Positions 20,908 through 33,314 of a stretch of DNA of 64,000 nt are shown here, piece after piece (within the stretch, counting starts at the first letter, position 1; every line of letters begins with the position of its first letter). The DNA lies in assembly GCA_973895155.1 (NCBI GenBank), contig OZ316891.1:13795037-13859036 (forward strand). The letters run 5' to 3'. The notes under the pieces were generated by a model. The model did not search any database, was not told the origin of the DNA, and saw only the letters and a program-made list of their open reading frames with translations. Both the position numbers and the translations under genes were made by a program. The DNA comes from Marsupella aquatica. Lineage: Eukaryota; Plantae; Marchantiophyta.

Positions 20908-23793
20908 ATGGAGGAGCGGAAAGTCAGTGCGTTCGACGAGTCGAAGCTCAAATCTGAATTTGCTCGTTGCGGCATCAAGACTCTCCATGTGGTTTCTATC
21001 TTCTCGTGCGTACCGTCTGTTCATTGCAAGCTGATGTTGATTTTCAAGTCTCTGTTCGTGTCCTCTCTACTGAACCATTAAATTTTACTCCCGCGACAAC
21101 GCCCCCGTTTTGTGTTCGTAGTCCACAGTGAAGAGTTGTAGGGTTCGTGTTCCAGGCGATCTAATGTCCACCTGTTAAGAGGAGGTCGATTTTTAATGTT
21201 CCACAATTAGGTTTCTGGCTATCGATTGTGCCAGTTGGAAATTGTATGAGGGCCGCGGTGGTCAATCCTGCCACGCATTTATGGCCTCCTTTCAAAACCC
21301 TTTAAGTGAAGTTAGTGAGAAATGTTTTTTCCTATTGAAGTTCGGAAAGGCGATTTTGATTGACGATTTGTAACCTTTCTGGCAGATATCTGCTGGCACA
21401 CAAAGAAGCAGAGGCCCATGAGGTCCCGGATCTGCCAAAGGCAGCGTATCCGCTGTTACGTTCCAAATTCAAGTCCACAACGAGCTCCGTGAAGGCTTCA
21501 CAGACTTCGGTGGACGGTTCCACCACGAAACTCCTCATTTCCTTACAGGTTACACACAACTGCAATTGGGAACCGATCCTCCACGGATTTTTTTCACCTG
21601 ACTGTACTGAAGTATTAATAGCTTGCGGATGCAACCCAAATTTGTAACTGAACTACTCTGACTTGTGCTGTGTTCAGAATGGCCAAACTGTTGAAGCAGT
21701 TGTCATGAAGCATGATGCTTCCACTGGGATATATGCTGGTGGCCCCCGACAGGGTGGCCCCAGAGCAACGCTGTGCATTTCATCGCAGGTGAATTGTCCT
21801 CCTCAGCATCTTGCATCTTGTCCACTATTGTTAGTTCCAGATGTCTAGGAAAGCATTCTGGGTGGCACGCGCGTGAATTTCCAACTAGTGTCTACCCTGT
21901 TCTCAAGTTTGTGACATGATTTCTGGCGTCGGATCAGGTCGGATGTCAGATGGGTTGCACATTCTGTGCCACAGGTACAATGGGGCTTCTAGGAAACGTT
22001 TCTGCAGGGGAGATTGTGGAGCAATTAGTTCATGCTACTCGTATCACACCTATTCGTAATGTAGTATTTATGGTAAGAGTATCTGTCCAGTTCAAGTGGT
22101 GAATGTGCTCTGTCTCTCGATGAGCAAAGAGTTGCTAGGATGTCTACGAACAGCAGTCTCGCATTTATGCATGTAATCCATCTTTCGACATATGTTTAGG
22201 ATCGTCGTGTTTTGCCATTGAAATTTACAAGAATTTAAACTTTCAAAATATTGCTTTAATCGTGAGTCGGCGGGTGCTCATTTGTGGTCATTTGGGTCAA
22301 AAGTTGATAGTGAACTTGATTTTCAGAGCACCTTATGTTGATAATTGTGTTTGCGATATAATATCAGTATACGATTCCTTTGACGTCCAGGGAATGGGAG
22401 AACCTTTAAATAATTACAAGGCTGTATCACAAGCTGTAAGGACTATGACTGGGCGGTGCTTCAGCTTGTCTCCCAGTCACATCACTATATCTACGGTACG
22501 AGCTTCTTTGAAAGACACGAAAGCCTTGACTTTGTGTAACGGATGCATAATTTGCTGCTCGAAGATTCTAACGACAATGGTGCGTCATGTTTCAATGCTT
22601 GACTATTTGGCCCGAACGAGGCGAATGCTGACAATTTGAGTCTGAATAGGTGGGTGTTATCCCTCGAATGTTGTCTCTGGCTGGTGACTTGCCAGGGGTG
22701 AATTTGGCTCTCTCTCTCCATGCACCGACTCAAGAGCTCAGATGCCAGATTGTGCCGGTTGCTCGAGCATACCAACTTCCCAAATTAATGGCTGCACTTG
22801 ACTCGTACATTTCTGTGAGGTATGCTAGGTTTCTGCGTTACCATTGCTATTTGTTTGTGTACTTTATCTACACGCAATCTCGTTGTCAAAATCATGTGGC
22901 TCTTACATCATGTTTGCGATCCTTTTAAATTGATCCAAAGGTCCTGCGTAGTACTTGAGAAATGCACTCAAGGGCAGTTTCGGTGTACCTTACAGTTTGC
23001 ATATACCCTCCTTACCCGAAAACAGAAACTACTACAGTTATCTCAACATCTCACAAGACAACAACGAAATTAAAAAAATGTGGGGATGTGATGTTTAGAT
23101 TGACCGCTCCAAGCTAAGTATGAAATGTTTATGTTTGGTTGTTATGTGTTTTCATGAACTGGGTACAGTAGCCGAAGAGTATTTGTAGAGTACATCATGA
23201 TCGGTGGCATTAACGACACAGAAGAAGTTGCCCATCAACTCGGAGCTCTTCTGCAAAGTCGAAAAGTGGTATGTGACTGTCAATAAACGTTCTCTAACTG
23301 TGTCTTCTTATCTATTGGACAATACTGCATTAAACTCAACTCCAGTGGGGGAGGGGGTTAGAATAGCTTCTCTTACATTTCATTGAAGCTGAGAGATTCT
23401 AGTGTGTCCGCCATTGAAGAATTTATCAGAAGTTGATCGATTGTGACTGCTGTTCAGTTATAATTTTTCAAGTCGTCCACTTGGTGATGGCTTTGGCTTG
23501 TTGGACTTGCACTGCAGGTTTTGAATCTCATACCGTACAATCCAACCAACACAATCGCCAATTACAAAGCAAGCCAAGAAGAGAGCGTTAGAGTATTTCA
23601 AAAAATTATTAGAGAGATTTACAACGTCCGAGCCACTGTGCGCAGAGAAATGGGGCAAGATATTGCAGGTGCATGTGGGCAACTTGCCATAGATAATGAA
23701 GAAAAGACTACAAAGCAGTCTCTAATGGTGACGAACAAGCCTGAACCAACTGACATAGAAGAATTATGTAGAGTGCCTTGCTGCAGAAGCTAA
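20908..23793 (+). CDS. rlmN: RlmN/Cfr-family radical SAM RNA methyltransferase, 385 aa
   Basis: Eight exons: 20908-21005, 21386-21548, 21678-21788, 21938-22072, 22391-22495, 22650-22819, 23169-23268, 23518-23793. All introns are GT-AG and in phase. Motifs [17 protein letters not shown] (CxxxCxxC), VFMGMGEP, SLHA, NLIPYNP and DIAGACGQL are present. Confidence 0.95.
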
Positions 23794-25182
23794 GCTAGGA
23801 ATTAGATCTTTTGTGATTCTTGAAGAAGATTCAATGAAAAAAGGCGTTCTGGTATCTGTTTCTTGGGCCGTGTGCTGACATTCTTCTATTTTCTGTGCAA
23901 AACTGTGGTCTATCTATGCATAGTTATTGGCAATGTTTTTCCTTGTGAATAGTACTACATCCATTGCTTGATCAAAAGCTTGTAATGAACGTCCGAGTGT
24001 CGTTAAAACTGGTCAAATAACCCAAATAATGTAGTACAGTCGTGCTCTGCCACATGCTTGTCAAGTTCACAGAATACAAGAAGCAAGATATCAGCCAAAG
24101 ACTAGGAGCACAAGCAATCATGGTCAAAGTCTTTAAGTATCTGATGCATCACAAATGCGAAGAGGTCAGGTGCCTGTAGTTAGATTGTTGTAATTGACAA
24201 GTTTTTGTAATAGGCCAATGCGTGGTTCAACATCCAGTGGGTGTGGTCAAACGTTGACAGGCTGTGTAAAGGAAATCCATCAGGGCTGGCCGTTAGTAGA
24301 TGGTGTCACAATAAGTTAGGGCGAATTGACTTGTGCGACGCAAATGGCAACTGATCGAGGAGCTGCTACCTGCAGTTTGCATGTGCATCACGTGGAATAG
24401 ATCAGCTAGCTCTCACTTGAGGTATGATCGAAGTCTGGAAGCGCAAGTATATGCTGTTGTGAGGGCAGTAACAGGAGCAGTAATTACAAAGTAATCACAA
24501 AGAATGAAGAAGAGGACGTGACACCAACCAAGGCGAAGCCATCATAGGAAGGTAATACAATTATAATGTTGCCTTGGTCTGAAAAAAATGTTTTGTAGTT
24601 ATATCGAGGCACTAGCTTGTGGACAGTTCATACGTTGCAGTTAGTTTATCTCGTGGAGATAGTTTGCAGATGTGACAGACTCCACAAATCATATAGAATT
24701 CACAGATTATGCACTTTATAGATTCACCACCATACTCGGTCGGCGCTCATAATAGGCATAGTCCCACACTGAAATACGAATCAAGGGCATTCCTTTCTTG
24801 AGGACATATTTTATACACCGAATTTTGCATACGTGGCAAGTACCTACCGAAACAAACTTTACGAGAGGACTCATCATTATAAAGGGTTACAGTCATGACA
24901 CACTTGGATGATACACCCTGCCTTATTCTAGACCAATCATAGCCGTAGAAGAGCAGGACTACCAGTAGAGGACTTTCTCATACTACAGGAGGGCTGGAGA
25001 GGTTGTTTCTTGGTTTTTGCTTTTTGAGTACAGTGTACCACTAGAAACTTAAAAGGAAAAAGACGAGCAAGCCACTCTCACATTGCCCTTGACCAGACGG
25101 TCAAAGCTAGTCACATGCTGCTCGTGGTACGAACTCAAACGAGAATGTGATTGCCTGAGTACCATACAGTCTCTCGTTAAGT

Positions 25183-25362
25183 GCACACTCCATAAGCTCT
25201 TACCCTTGTTAATGCAGGTCATCCTGTTCTTCCCTTGTTTAGCACTCTCCATAAGCGCTTACCCTTGATTAATGCAGGTCATCCTGTTCTTCCCTTTTTT
25301 TAGCACACTCCATAAGCCTTTACCCTTGATTAATGCAAGTCATCCTGGTCTTCCCTTTTTTA
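25183..25362. repeat. ~60-bp tandem repeat, 3 units
   Basis: GCACACTCCATAAGC..TTACCCTTGATTAATGCAGGTCATCCTGTTCTTCCCTT three times, with a degenerate partial unit near 25420. Confidence 0.9.
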
Positions 25363-27099
25363 TTACACAAGATAAATGCTTTTTCTAAGCACACATAGGG
25401 CTAGAATCATTTCTAAGCAACAACTCTATAAGTGCTTACCCTTGATAAGCATCTCAATGCTCTTATCGGTAAATGCACAAAATCATGAAATTGCATTTAC
25501 AGATAAATGCATGCCTGTTCTCAGTAGAGTCTAGAATGTACTTAAGGAGGGTGGGCACATAATGAGGGCAAGGATACAAAGTACAAGGGTGACTACTCAC
25601 TATCAGCGGGGCTCTAAATTTAACAAAGGAATCTAAATCAAGCGAAGTTATCGATAAGTGCACTTTTTAGGGGGGATGCGGTTATCAAGGAATGCAACAC
25701 TTGGTTTAGTGCATGCCGGATCCCTCTTCCCAAGAGCATGCCCCAAAGTTTTTGAAAATGCTGCACACAAAGGACCGCTTGGCATTTTTGTGTGTCTTTA
25801 GGGCAGGTGAAGTAAACTACAAGAAATGCAAATAGAGCCATGGAAACAATTTTAACTCCCTCCTGCGTCACTTCAAAGGTTGGACAAGTGAGAAGCCTGA
25901 TTTTGGTGGCCACAATTAGCCAAATTTCTCCTTGTCCAAGAACTTTCCCCACTTTTGGTGGAGAGTCTCCAGAGAGTTTGTGTCTCATTATTTAGTCAAT
26001 CTCCCACCAAGTCTATTGCAAGGCCTATTTGCCACAACCTGATGGCTCTCCTAAAATCCAGGAAGACCTAAATGGTAAAGTTTATGGTCTGTGAAAGAAT
26101 ATAACTAACATCTCTTCCTTCCTTCACGTTAAGAATGACCCTCGTTGGAATCACATTCAATTTAAAGGCTCCTCACTTGTGTCAACAGTACTGTACATGC
26201 GCACACCAGAATCCTTTTATTCAAGTTTTCTTGAATGTTTGGGCAGGTAGTGTTGTGACTGCAGCCAATTTCATTTCCCCAAGGAGGTGTGACGATTCAT
26301 GAAACCATCACTAGAGATTGCAACCCCTCCCATGTGCGGTTTCTATGAAACCTCTTGACAGACAGTGTCCTAGCAACCGAGGCACTCTTTGTCCCCTGTC
26401 ACACTCAAGAAGCTGTCACCTCATGTTCAGGCAGGATTCTTGTGCCTTCTCTGGACTGTACATCCTTGCCCTAAACCATGTCTCCTATCTCACAATTTCA
26501 AATTTTACTGTTAGTAAAAAGTAGATACAGTTGTCTATCAGAGTTTCACATAAGATATGCTCTTAGCCATAAGTGTTTGTATAGTTGTTTGGTGGAGACC
26601 TTGGTGTGCTTATGAGAAGTCCAAAAACCACAGGGAAAAACAGGTAAGGACGGCTTGCCTTGCACTAGAACAGGTCTTATGTAGTGCAAACTTAGGCAGT
26701 GTTAGGATTTACTCTTAGGTCTAGAGTTACAAATGTACCATAGTTAAGGCTAACCTTAGTCGCAGACTTGGTTAGGTTAGTCATGCTGTGCACACTCTAT
26801 AACCAAGCGGTGTTTGCTTGGAGAGGGGGAACTCAGGCTCATTGTTACGGAGCTAGTTGAGAGATAGAGAGAGCTTGCGCTGTGGATGCTTGGTATGGCC
26901 GGTCGGCCTAAAGTGCAGTAAAGCTCATGTGTGTTCCACCCATAATAGTGGTTTAATAAGATGTATGGGTAGTTGTGATTTAAACCACTACTGGCCATAT
27001 GAAAGGACAGTGTCTAAGATTTCTCCTTTTTCACATTCCTCTTCTCTACCCTGAAACTTTGCTCCACAAAAAATACTAAAAATGGTGAAATCTGGCAAA

Positions 27100-27685
27100 A
27101 CCAGGTTTCTGTCATGGCTAGTGGCTCTTTAATGTCCATCAAAATTGGAGGTTTGAGAGCCCAAAAAATACTAAAAATGGTGAAATTTTGAGGTTTGAGA
27201 GCCCCTACTACGAGGTTTTTGTCATGGCTAGTGGCTCTTCAAGGTCCATGATTTTTTTTTAGGTTTGAGAGCCCTTACTGTGAGGTTCTTGTCATGGCTA
27301 GTGGCTCTTCCAAGGTCCATGAAATCACTAGCTCTTCAAGGTCCATGAAATTTTGAGGTTTGAGAGCCCCCAGTGCGAGGTTTTTGTCATGGCTAGTGGC
27401 TCTTCGAGGTCCATGAAATTTTGAGGGTTGAGAGCCCCCAGTGCAAGGATTTTGTCATGGCTAGTGGCTCTTCAAGGTCCATGAAATTTTGAGGGTTGAG
27501 AGCCCCCAGTGCAAGGATTTTGTCATGGCTAGTGGCTCTTCAAGGTCCATGAAAGTACTTGCTCTTCAAGGTCCATGAAATTTTGAGGTTTGAGAGCCCC
27601 TACTAGGAGTTTTTTGTCATGGCTAGTGGCTCTTCCAGGTCCATGAAATTTGGTCCATGAAATTGCAGTCCGTTTGAGAGCCCCT
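27100..27685. repeat. ~68-bp minisatellite, 7 units
   Basis: Core GTCATGGCTAGTGGCTCTT at 27111, 27221, 27291, 27386, 27454, 27522 and 27616, each followed by GTCCAT...GAGG(T/G)TTGAGAGCCC. Confidence 0.92.
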
Positions 27686-27800
27686 ATTGCAGTTACGCAA
27701 TACGGACTGTGGTGGGCAGAGTTACGGATGTACCGGATGACGGTGGCAAGGCATGACCGCGGTACCGTGCTCCGGTAGAAGAGCCGTGTGTTTCAAAGCG

Positions 27801-27802
<2 letters not shown>

Positions 27803-27842
<40 letters not shown>
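27803..27842 (+). repeat. (GA)20 microsatellite, probably near the TSS/5'UTR of the Dabb gene
   Basis: Perfect GA run at the start of a CpG-rich 5'UTR-like stretch. Confidence 0.9.
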
Positions 27843-27845
<3 letters not shown>

Positions 27846-29480
27846 CAAAAGAGACGAAACAAACGTGTCACCTTTTGGAGCTGCGGAAGGAGTGAGGGAA
27901 AGAGAGAGCGAGGGAGAGAAGATCTCCTTCATCATCCACACATTGATTTCCTTCGAGAAAGGTTCCATCGTGTTGTTAGATTTGCTGTGTGTGCGGAAGT
28001 TGGGGCGGGCAGATCAAATCCGCTTTAATTCGAAGCGACGAACGCACGCACCGCAGTTCCGTGTCATGCATGGAACTGGGCGTGACAGCAGAATTGAAAC
28101 GTACGCGATCGATCCCAGGTGCGGCCGAGAATATCATTGTCTCATCGCTCTGTGCTTCATGATTGGCTTGATTGTAGCAGAATGTGAGCAGGGTTTCTGA
28201 AGCGACTTCTGTACCAGAGGATCTGCTTTCGTTCTGGTGGACGTCGACTGGATGACTCCGGGAGTCCACTTTTTTTGACTGATAGGCAGTCTCTATGTTT
28301 TCTGTCGGTCCTTCCTTCGTCTGGAATCTGGAATCTGCTCCGCTTCTGCTATGCCGCTCAGCTTATTCTCCTGAAGCCTTCGTAATTACGAGTTGCGGGC
28401 AATTCGCTGGGATGAGGCCGCGTTCTGGCTTGTCTGATAAATTCGAGGGCCTTGAGAGCTTTTCTGCTCCCGTTTGTACTGGGTCGTAATCTGCGGATAG
28501 ACGATGTTTTCGCTTCCCGAGCAATTCTACGTTGCAGGGATCGGCTTGGACGAAGTGTCATCGGGTGTCATCGTCCGTGGAGGTGTACTTAGTTCTCTTT
28601 TCCGAAATTGACAGTTTTTTGAGGCTATGGAGAAATACCACGATAAAGTCCATGGGTTTCGGTATACTTCTCAAATGAATTCAACGGCCTGTTCATACTC
28701 ACAACTGTCGTCAGCGCTAATATTGGGATGCTGACTAGACGATTTGCACATCTGTAAGTACAAGTATTGGCAGAATGCCAAATCCCAGTCTATCGATAAG
28801 CATACACACTGATCAGGCTGGAACCTACTGTATACCTCGGGCCCCATCATCATGAGCATCTCTGATAAGTCCTGTCCTGTAGCAAAGAGGGCCGCCTAGC
28901 CGAAGACACAATATGATGCCCCACGATTAGAAGTGTAGCTTACTCCTCACCGCACCTTCCTCGAAATTAATCCAAACTTCGTCCGAGGATTTTGTAGAGG
29001 TGTAATTGATCGTAATTAAGGTCCGTTATGGACCTCGATGAGAGAAGATTCATGCAATTTTTTTCTGGGACGATGTGGGGTGACAGCCGGGTTTGTCTGC
29101 ACCGTTCGAATCTCCTGTCTGTATGTCTGTCCTTTTCCTCTCTCGTCAGCTGAAGTTCTCCCTAACTCGTTCTTGTACAGTACTGGGATAGATGCATTGG
29201 ACGCATTGAATTGGCTGGTTCGAAGGCTTTGAATGATCATTTGCGGCACTAGATATGGAGGCAGAGTGTGAGGTTCGAATGCGAATTGCAGTCGTGCAGT
29301 GATTGTTCAACAATTCGAACGGTTCGGATTTTTCTGCTGCAGAGAACATAGCCATTAATTTGGAGCACCACAGTACAGCTGAGCAACCTTCTAGACGAGG
29401 AGCGCAATTCGTCGTTTGGAATATTGTTTGGCGGGGTACATGCCACGCCTGCCAACGCAGAGGCAACCCGTGGGAAAGGA

Positions 29481-32400
29481 ATGATGTGCAGTCTCCAGCA
29501 AGCTTTGTCTTCGAGTTCGCAAAGTTCTACGTCAGATCGCGATTTGGGATTCTCAGCACGGTCATCAAGGAGCGGAATCGAGCGTGCCATCCGTCAAGAG
29601 ATGGGAAATCCCAAGTTCATGGAGCATCTTGTGGTGGCATCCGTGGCGGAATTCATCGAAGGGAAGATCATTGAGGACCTCGTGAGGAATCTAAAAACGG
29701 CCATGGCGCTACCGGGTGTTCTGGCGACGAACGTTGGGCGCTGTGAGCCCATGCTGGGTGAGCACACGTTCATGATACACATTCGTGCTGTCGACACAGA
29801 GTCCTGCGATGCCGCTCACAGGTTGGCACCCAGCGCATTACACCTTGAAGTAGAATGAATAGAATTTCGTGACCGGTGCATTCCATGGTGGGATTTTACT
29901 ATTTCGTGTGAGTCAATCAGTCCTTGTGTATGGAGATAATTCACGAATTTGCACGGAAAAAGTCGGCAGCCTGCGGTATCATTTTAGATGCGTCAGCTAA
30001 TATCGGGAGAATTATTCGAGTCGTCGAGTCCTAAACACTATGTCGACGTAGAAGTCCACCCCGGACCAAGTTTTAGAGGTTGCAAGTGCTGTATTTTCTA
30101 TGCTTTGCACAACTCTAAACCCAATGATGCTTCTCAAGAGGGAATCGGTCGAGGGTCTTGTTTTTCCGAAATAGAGTCGGCTTTCTGAGTACTTGAGGAA
30201 AATAGTAGCAACTGAACTCCACTCAGCAAGAATTTCCTTACTACAAGTACATTAAGAATACAATGACATTGCTTGAGATCCTTTAGCTAGGTCCTTAAAT
30301 AGGACAGGCTTCCTTGATCCAATTAAACTACCAAGCTATCTTGATCCATAGCCGGATCCATGCAAGGTGCCCAGTTCATCTGCCTAGTAACAAATTTGCT
30401 CCTAGTTCAATTAACCAGAAGAAAACGTCCTCCTGGTTCAGTTTGTTGGTCATAGTTTCCTAGACTTGGGCATTCACATCGCCAATTTTCGCGTAGAGTA
30501 AATAGAGCTCCCATCAAGGGAGCCTAGAAAGCTAACTTGCCGGCACTGCCTGAGGGTTCTGCAATACAGAGTCACCTTAGAGCCCGGAACGATTTCTTGT
30601 TAAATAATGCCCTAAATAATTTTTCCAAGATGCTGTCGCTTGGAAGGAAATATATGGAGTACGGACTTTTTTATGAGAATAGTTTGTCAAAATGACCGTG
30701 GGGCAGCGAGGGTACGTTCACTGTGGTCGCTGAAAGAAAAGGTAGCAACGTGATGGACTGCACTGCCTTTTGTTGAGCAAAAGTCTGAGTAATGTAACAC
30801 GCAGCTTGTTACCTGGGTGCAAGGCACAATGAATGCGCAGTGAGCTGGATTGGAGCACATAGCACAATGCATCATGGCTTTCTTGGCGTCTGCTGCTCCA
30901 GACCAAGAATACCCTGCCTACCCAAGATGTGCTAAATTTGGATCGTGGCTGCTAACAGGGTATTTGAGTGGCTTCACTAAATGAGAGTGAACGCATTGAA
31001 TGGCGGGAAATACCTTAGCTCTTAATAATCTGTCCCTTTGACACAAAATACCACGACCAAGCTCTGTGCTGGAGGACTGAACGAACCTTTGAAATCATGA
31101 CGAGATCAAGTTGGTCATATACCAAAACTATCCGAACTCCTTTCGTCCCCAGTCCCCACCAACGTGCAGGGTATCGTCAAGGACGAGCGAGTTCTTTAAA
31201 TGCCGGCTCTAGCAATTCAATGTAATAGGGGTAAAATGTTGTGGAAAGTAGAAAACTTACTTTAGATCTGTACAGAAGTCTTTGCCTATACTCTTACGAG
31301 TAAGAATCCCAATAGTACCTTTTTTTTCGTGGAAGATAATTTCGCCATCTTTGTCGAAGTTCTTGGCAAGCAAAGCGTGTCTAAGAGCAAGTGATGTAGG
31401 TATGGTTAAAGTCTTGTCTAAGAACAAGTGATATAGGTATGGTTAAAGTCTTGTTCCGCGGTTGAGATGTCTCCTACGTAGGGTTGTTCGCCAGCTTGCA
31501 TGCTATGCAACATCAAACAGACATCATTCACGTTTCTGCATACAACACCTTCGTTTCTACCACCATTGCGAAAGATTCCTAACCTCCGTTTAGAAATTTC
31601 AATATCGCACACGAGGAAATGTCAGGGCTTGATCATTTACCAATTTTCGCTTCCCTGCAGTGCAGCAGAAAATGTTTATGAGAGTCATTTGACTCGGCAT
31701 AACATTAACCGAGCAGAAGACTTAACAGACATAATCATCGTCGACTTTAAATCTGATGTGATTGGGGCTCACAGTGGTATGTATTTTTCCTTGCCCTACA
31801 CACTGAGAACACTGTTATGGCGGTATATCATTCTCTTTTATTCTCCTGGACAGGCAAAGAACATTCCCAGTAAAATGAATAGATTGATTGACTTCTTATA
31901 TAGGAGTATGTATTGAAATCCTAAGTCCTGAGTTGTTAGTAGAGTTCAAATATGGAAAAGTTCAAGTTTAGCGAACTGATTAGTTATTTAAAAGGTGGAA
32001 ATCTGGTAATTGTAATTTTAGAATTGACCCCTGAAGAGAGCCAATCGGCCATTAATAATCAGGTCCATGCCTCTGGATACTACTCCATGGTCGCCATGAA
32101 AGCATTGTTGTCATGAATTCAATCTCTCAGTATTATGGAACAGTATTACGTGGCTCAAAAAGATGATACAGGTACAGGCTTCTGTTGCTATTCAGTGGCT
32201 CTGAAGACCTCTTTTTCATGGTGAATGTAACGTCGAGGTTACTAGTTTGGTGGTTACTGGCCGGTGCACGGAAAGAGCGGTTTGGTGACTACCGCCCAAC
32301 TCCTGAAATAGTGAAAGAATTAGGTCAATGTCACGTGTCTAACTTTATGTGTCACTGAAGCCTGAGCAGAAGGAATTAGCTCTGTTTCACTTCATCGACG

Positions 32401-33314
32401 GATTGAGTAGATGCATTTCCAAAAAATAGCCTATTTAGTCATCTGAGGACAGTTTGTACTATTTTTCTAGTGTTGTTGCGGTCAGCCCAGTGTTTAATTT
32501 CTTTTATCGTTTTTTCTTGGGAATGGTATTCTGAACCGAGGGTGGTTGTTCAAAACGATGGCCATCTCCTTGGTATCTTTGTATATTAAAACCGACTTTG
32601 TAGGCTTCTGGTTTTGGAGAACCGCTTTTTTGTTCAAATCAAATCTAATCTAATGTTTAAATCTTTGTAAACTGATCCAATCTAATTGAGTTGTTCAAAC
32701 TGGAACTGTTTGTGGAGATAAGATGACCCTGAAATTAGTGCTTTGATCTCAAGATCAGGCTTTTGCTTAGTCTGAACTCGTGTAATGTGAACATTTGGAT
32801 GAATTGTTTTCCAATGCTTCCTACACTAGTTCACGGATGGGGGCCAAAAAACCTTTTCGAATATTACATTACCATTCAACTTTTGTAGATACTATTTTTG
32901 TTCTCTCAGTGGAGTTTTCATTGCACTCGAAATAAAGTGCTATCTGACACTCTTTTCCTTGTCGCTTTTGCAGCAAATTGGCCTGCAATTCGGATTGCCA
33001 TTTTTCAATACAAAGAAGACATTCCTGAGGAGAAGAAGAAAGACTTGATTGAAGTGCTCTATCTATTGCCTACGCTGTTCCCATCGGTCAAGCAGGTCAG
33101 TTGGGGCCATAACATCGCAAAACAGAGTACCTACAGGAGTCACTATGGATATGCTGATGTGGATCATGACCTGGGAGTCATTTTGGGTTTCAGCAACTGC
33201 CAAGATATGTACGATCTTGGAGCTGACCCGAAGTACTGGGAGTTGCTTAATTATCATGGTGTTTCTCTTCTGGAGAAGTACCAGGTGCTGACTATCTGCA
33301 CACCAACACCCTAG
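29481..33314 (+). CDS. Stress-responsive A/B-barrel (tandem Dabb domain) protein, ~265 aa
   Basis: Exons 29481-29821, 31661-31776 and 32974-33314 are GT-AG and in phase. Repeat 1: MEHLVV...DLVRNLKTAMALPGVL...HTFMIHIR...DIIIVDF. Repeat 2: IRIAIFQYKEDIPEEKKKDLIEVL..LP.LFPSVKQVSWGHN. The start could instead be 29601. Confidence 0.75.

Noticed and set aside
26288-27035. Solo LTR (TGTGA...TCACA)
   Set aside because: The flanks GGAGG and TTCCT are not a TSD, and no partner LTR or PBS is visible.
27100-27685. CRISPR-like regularly spaced repeats
   Set aside because: The intervening sequences are near-identical rather than unique spacers, there are no cas genes, and the context is eukaryotic. It is a minisatellite.
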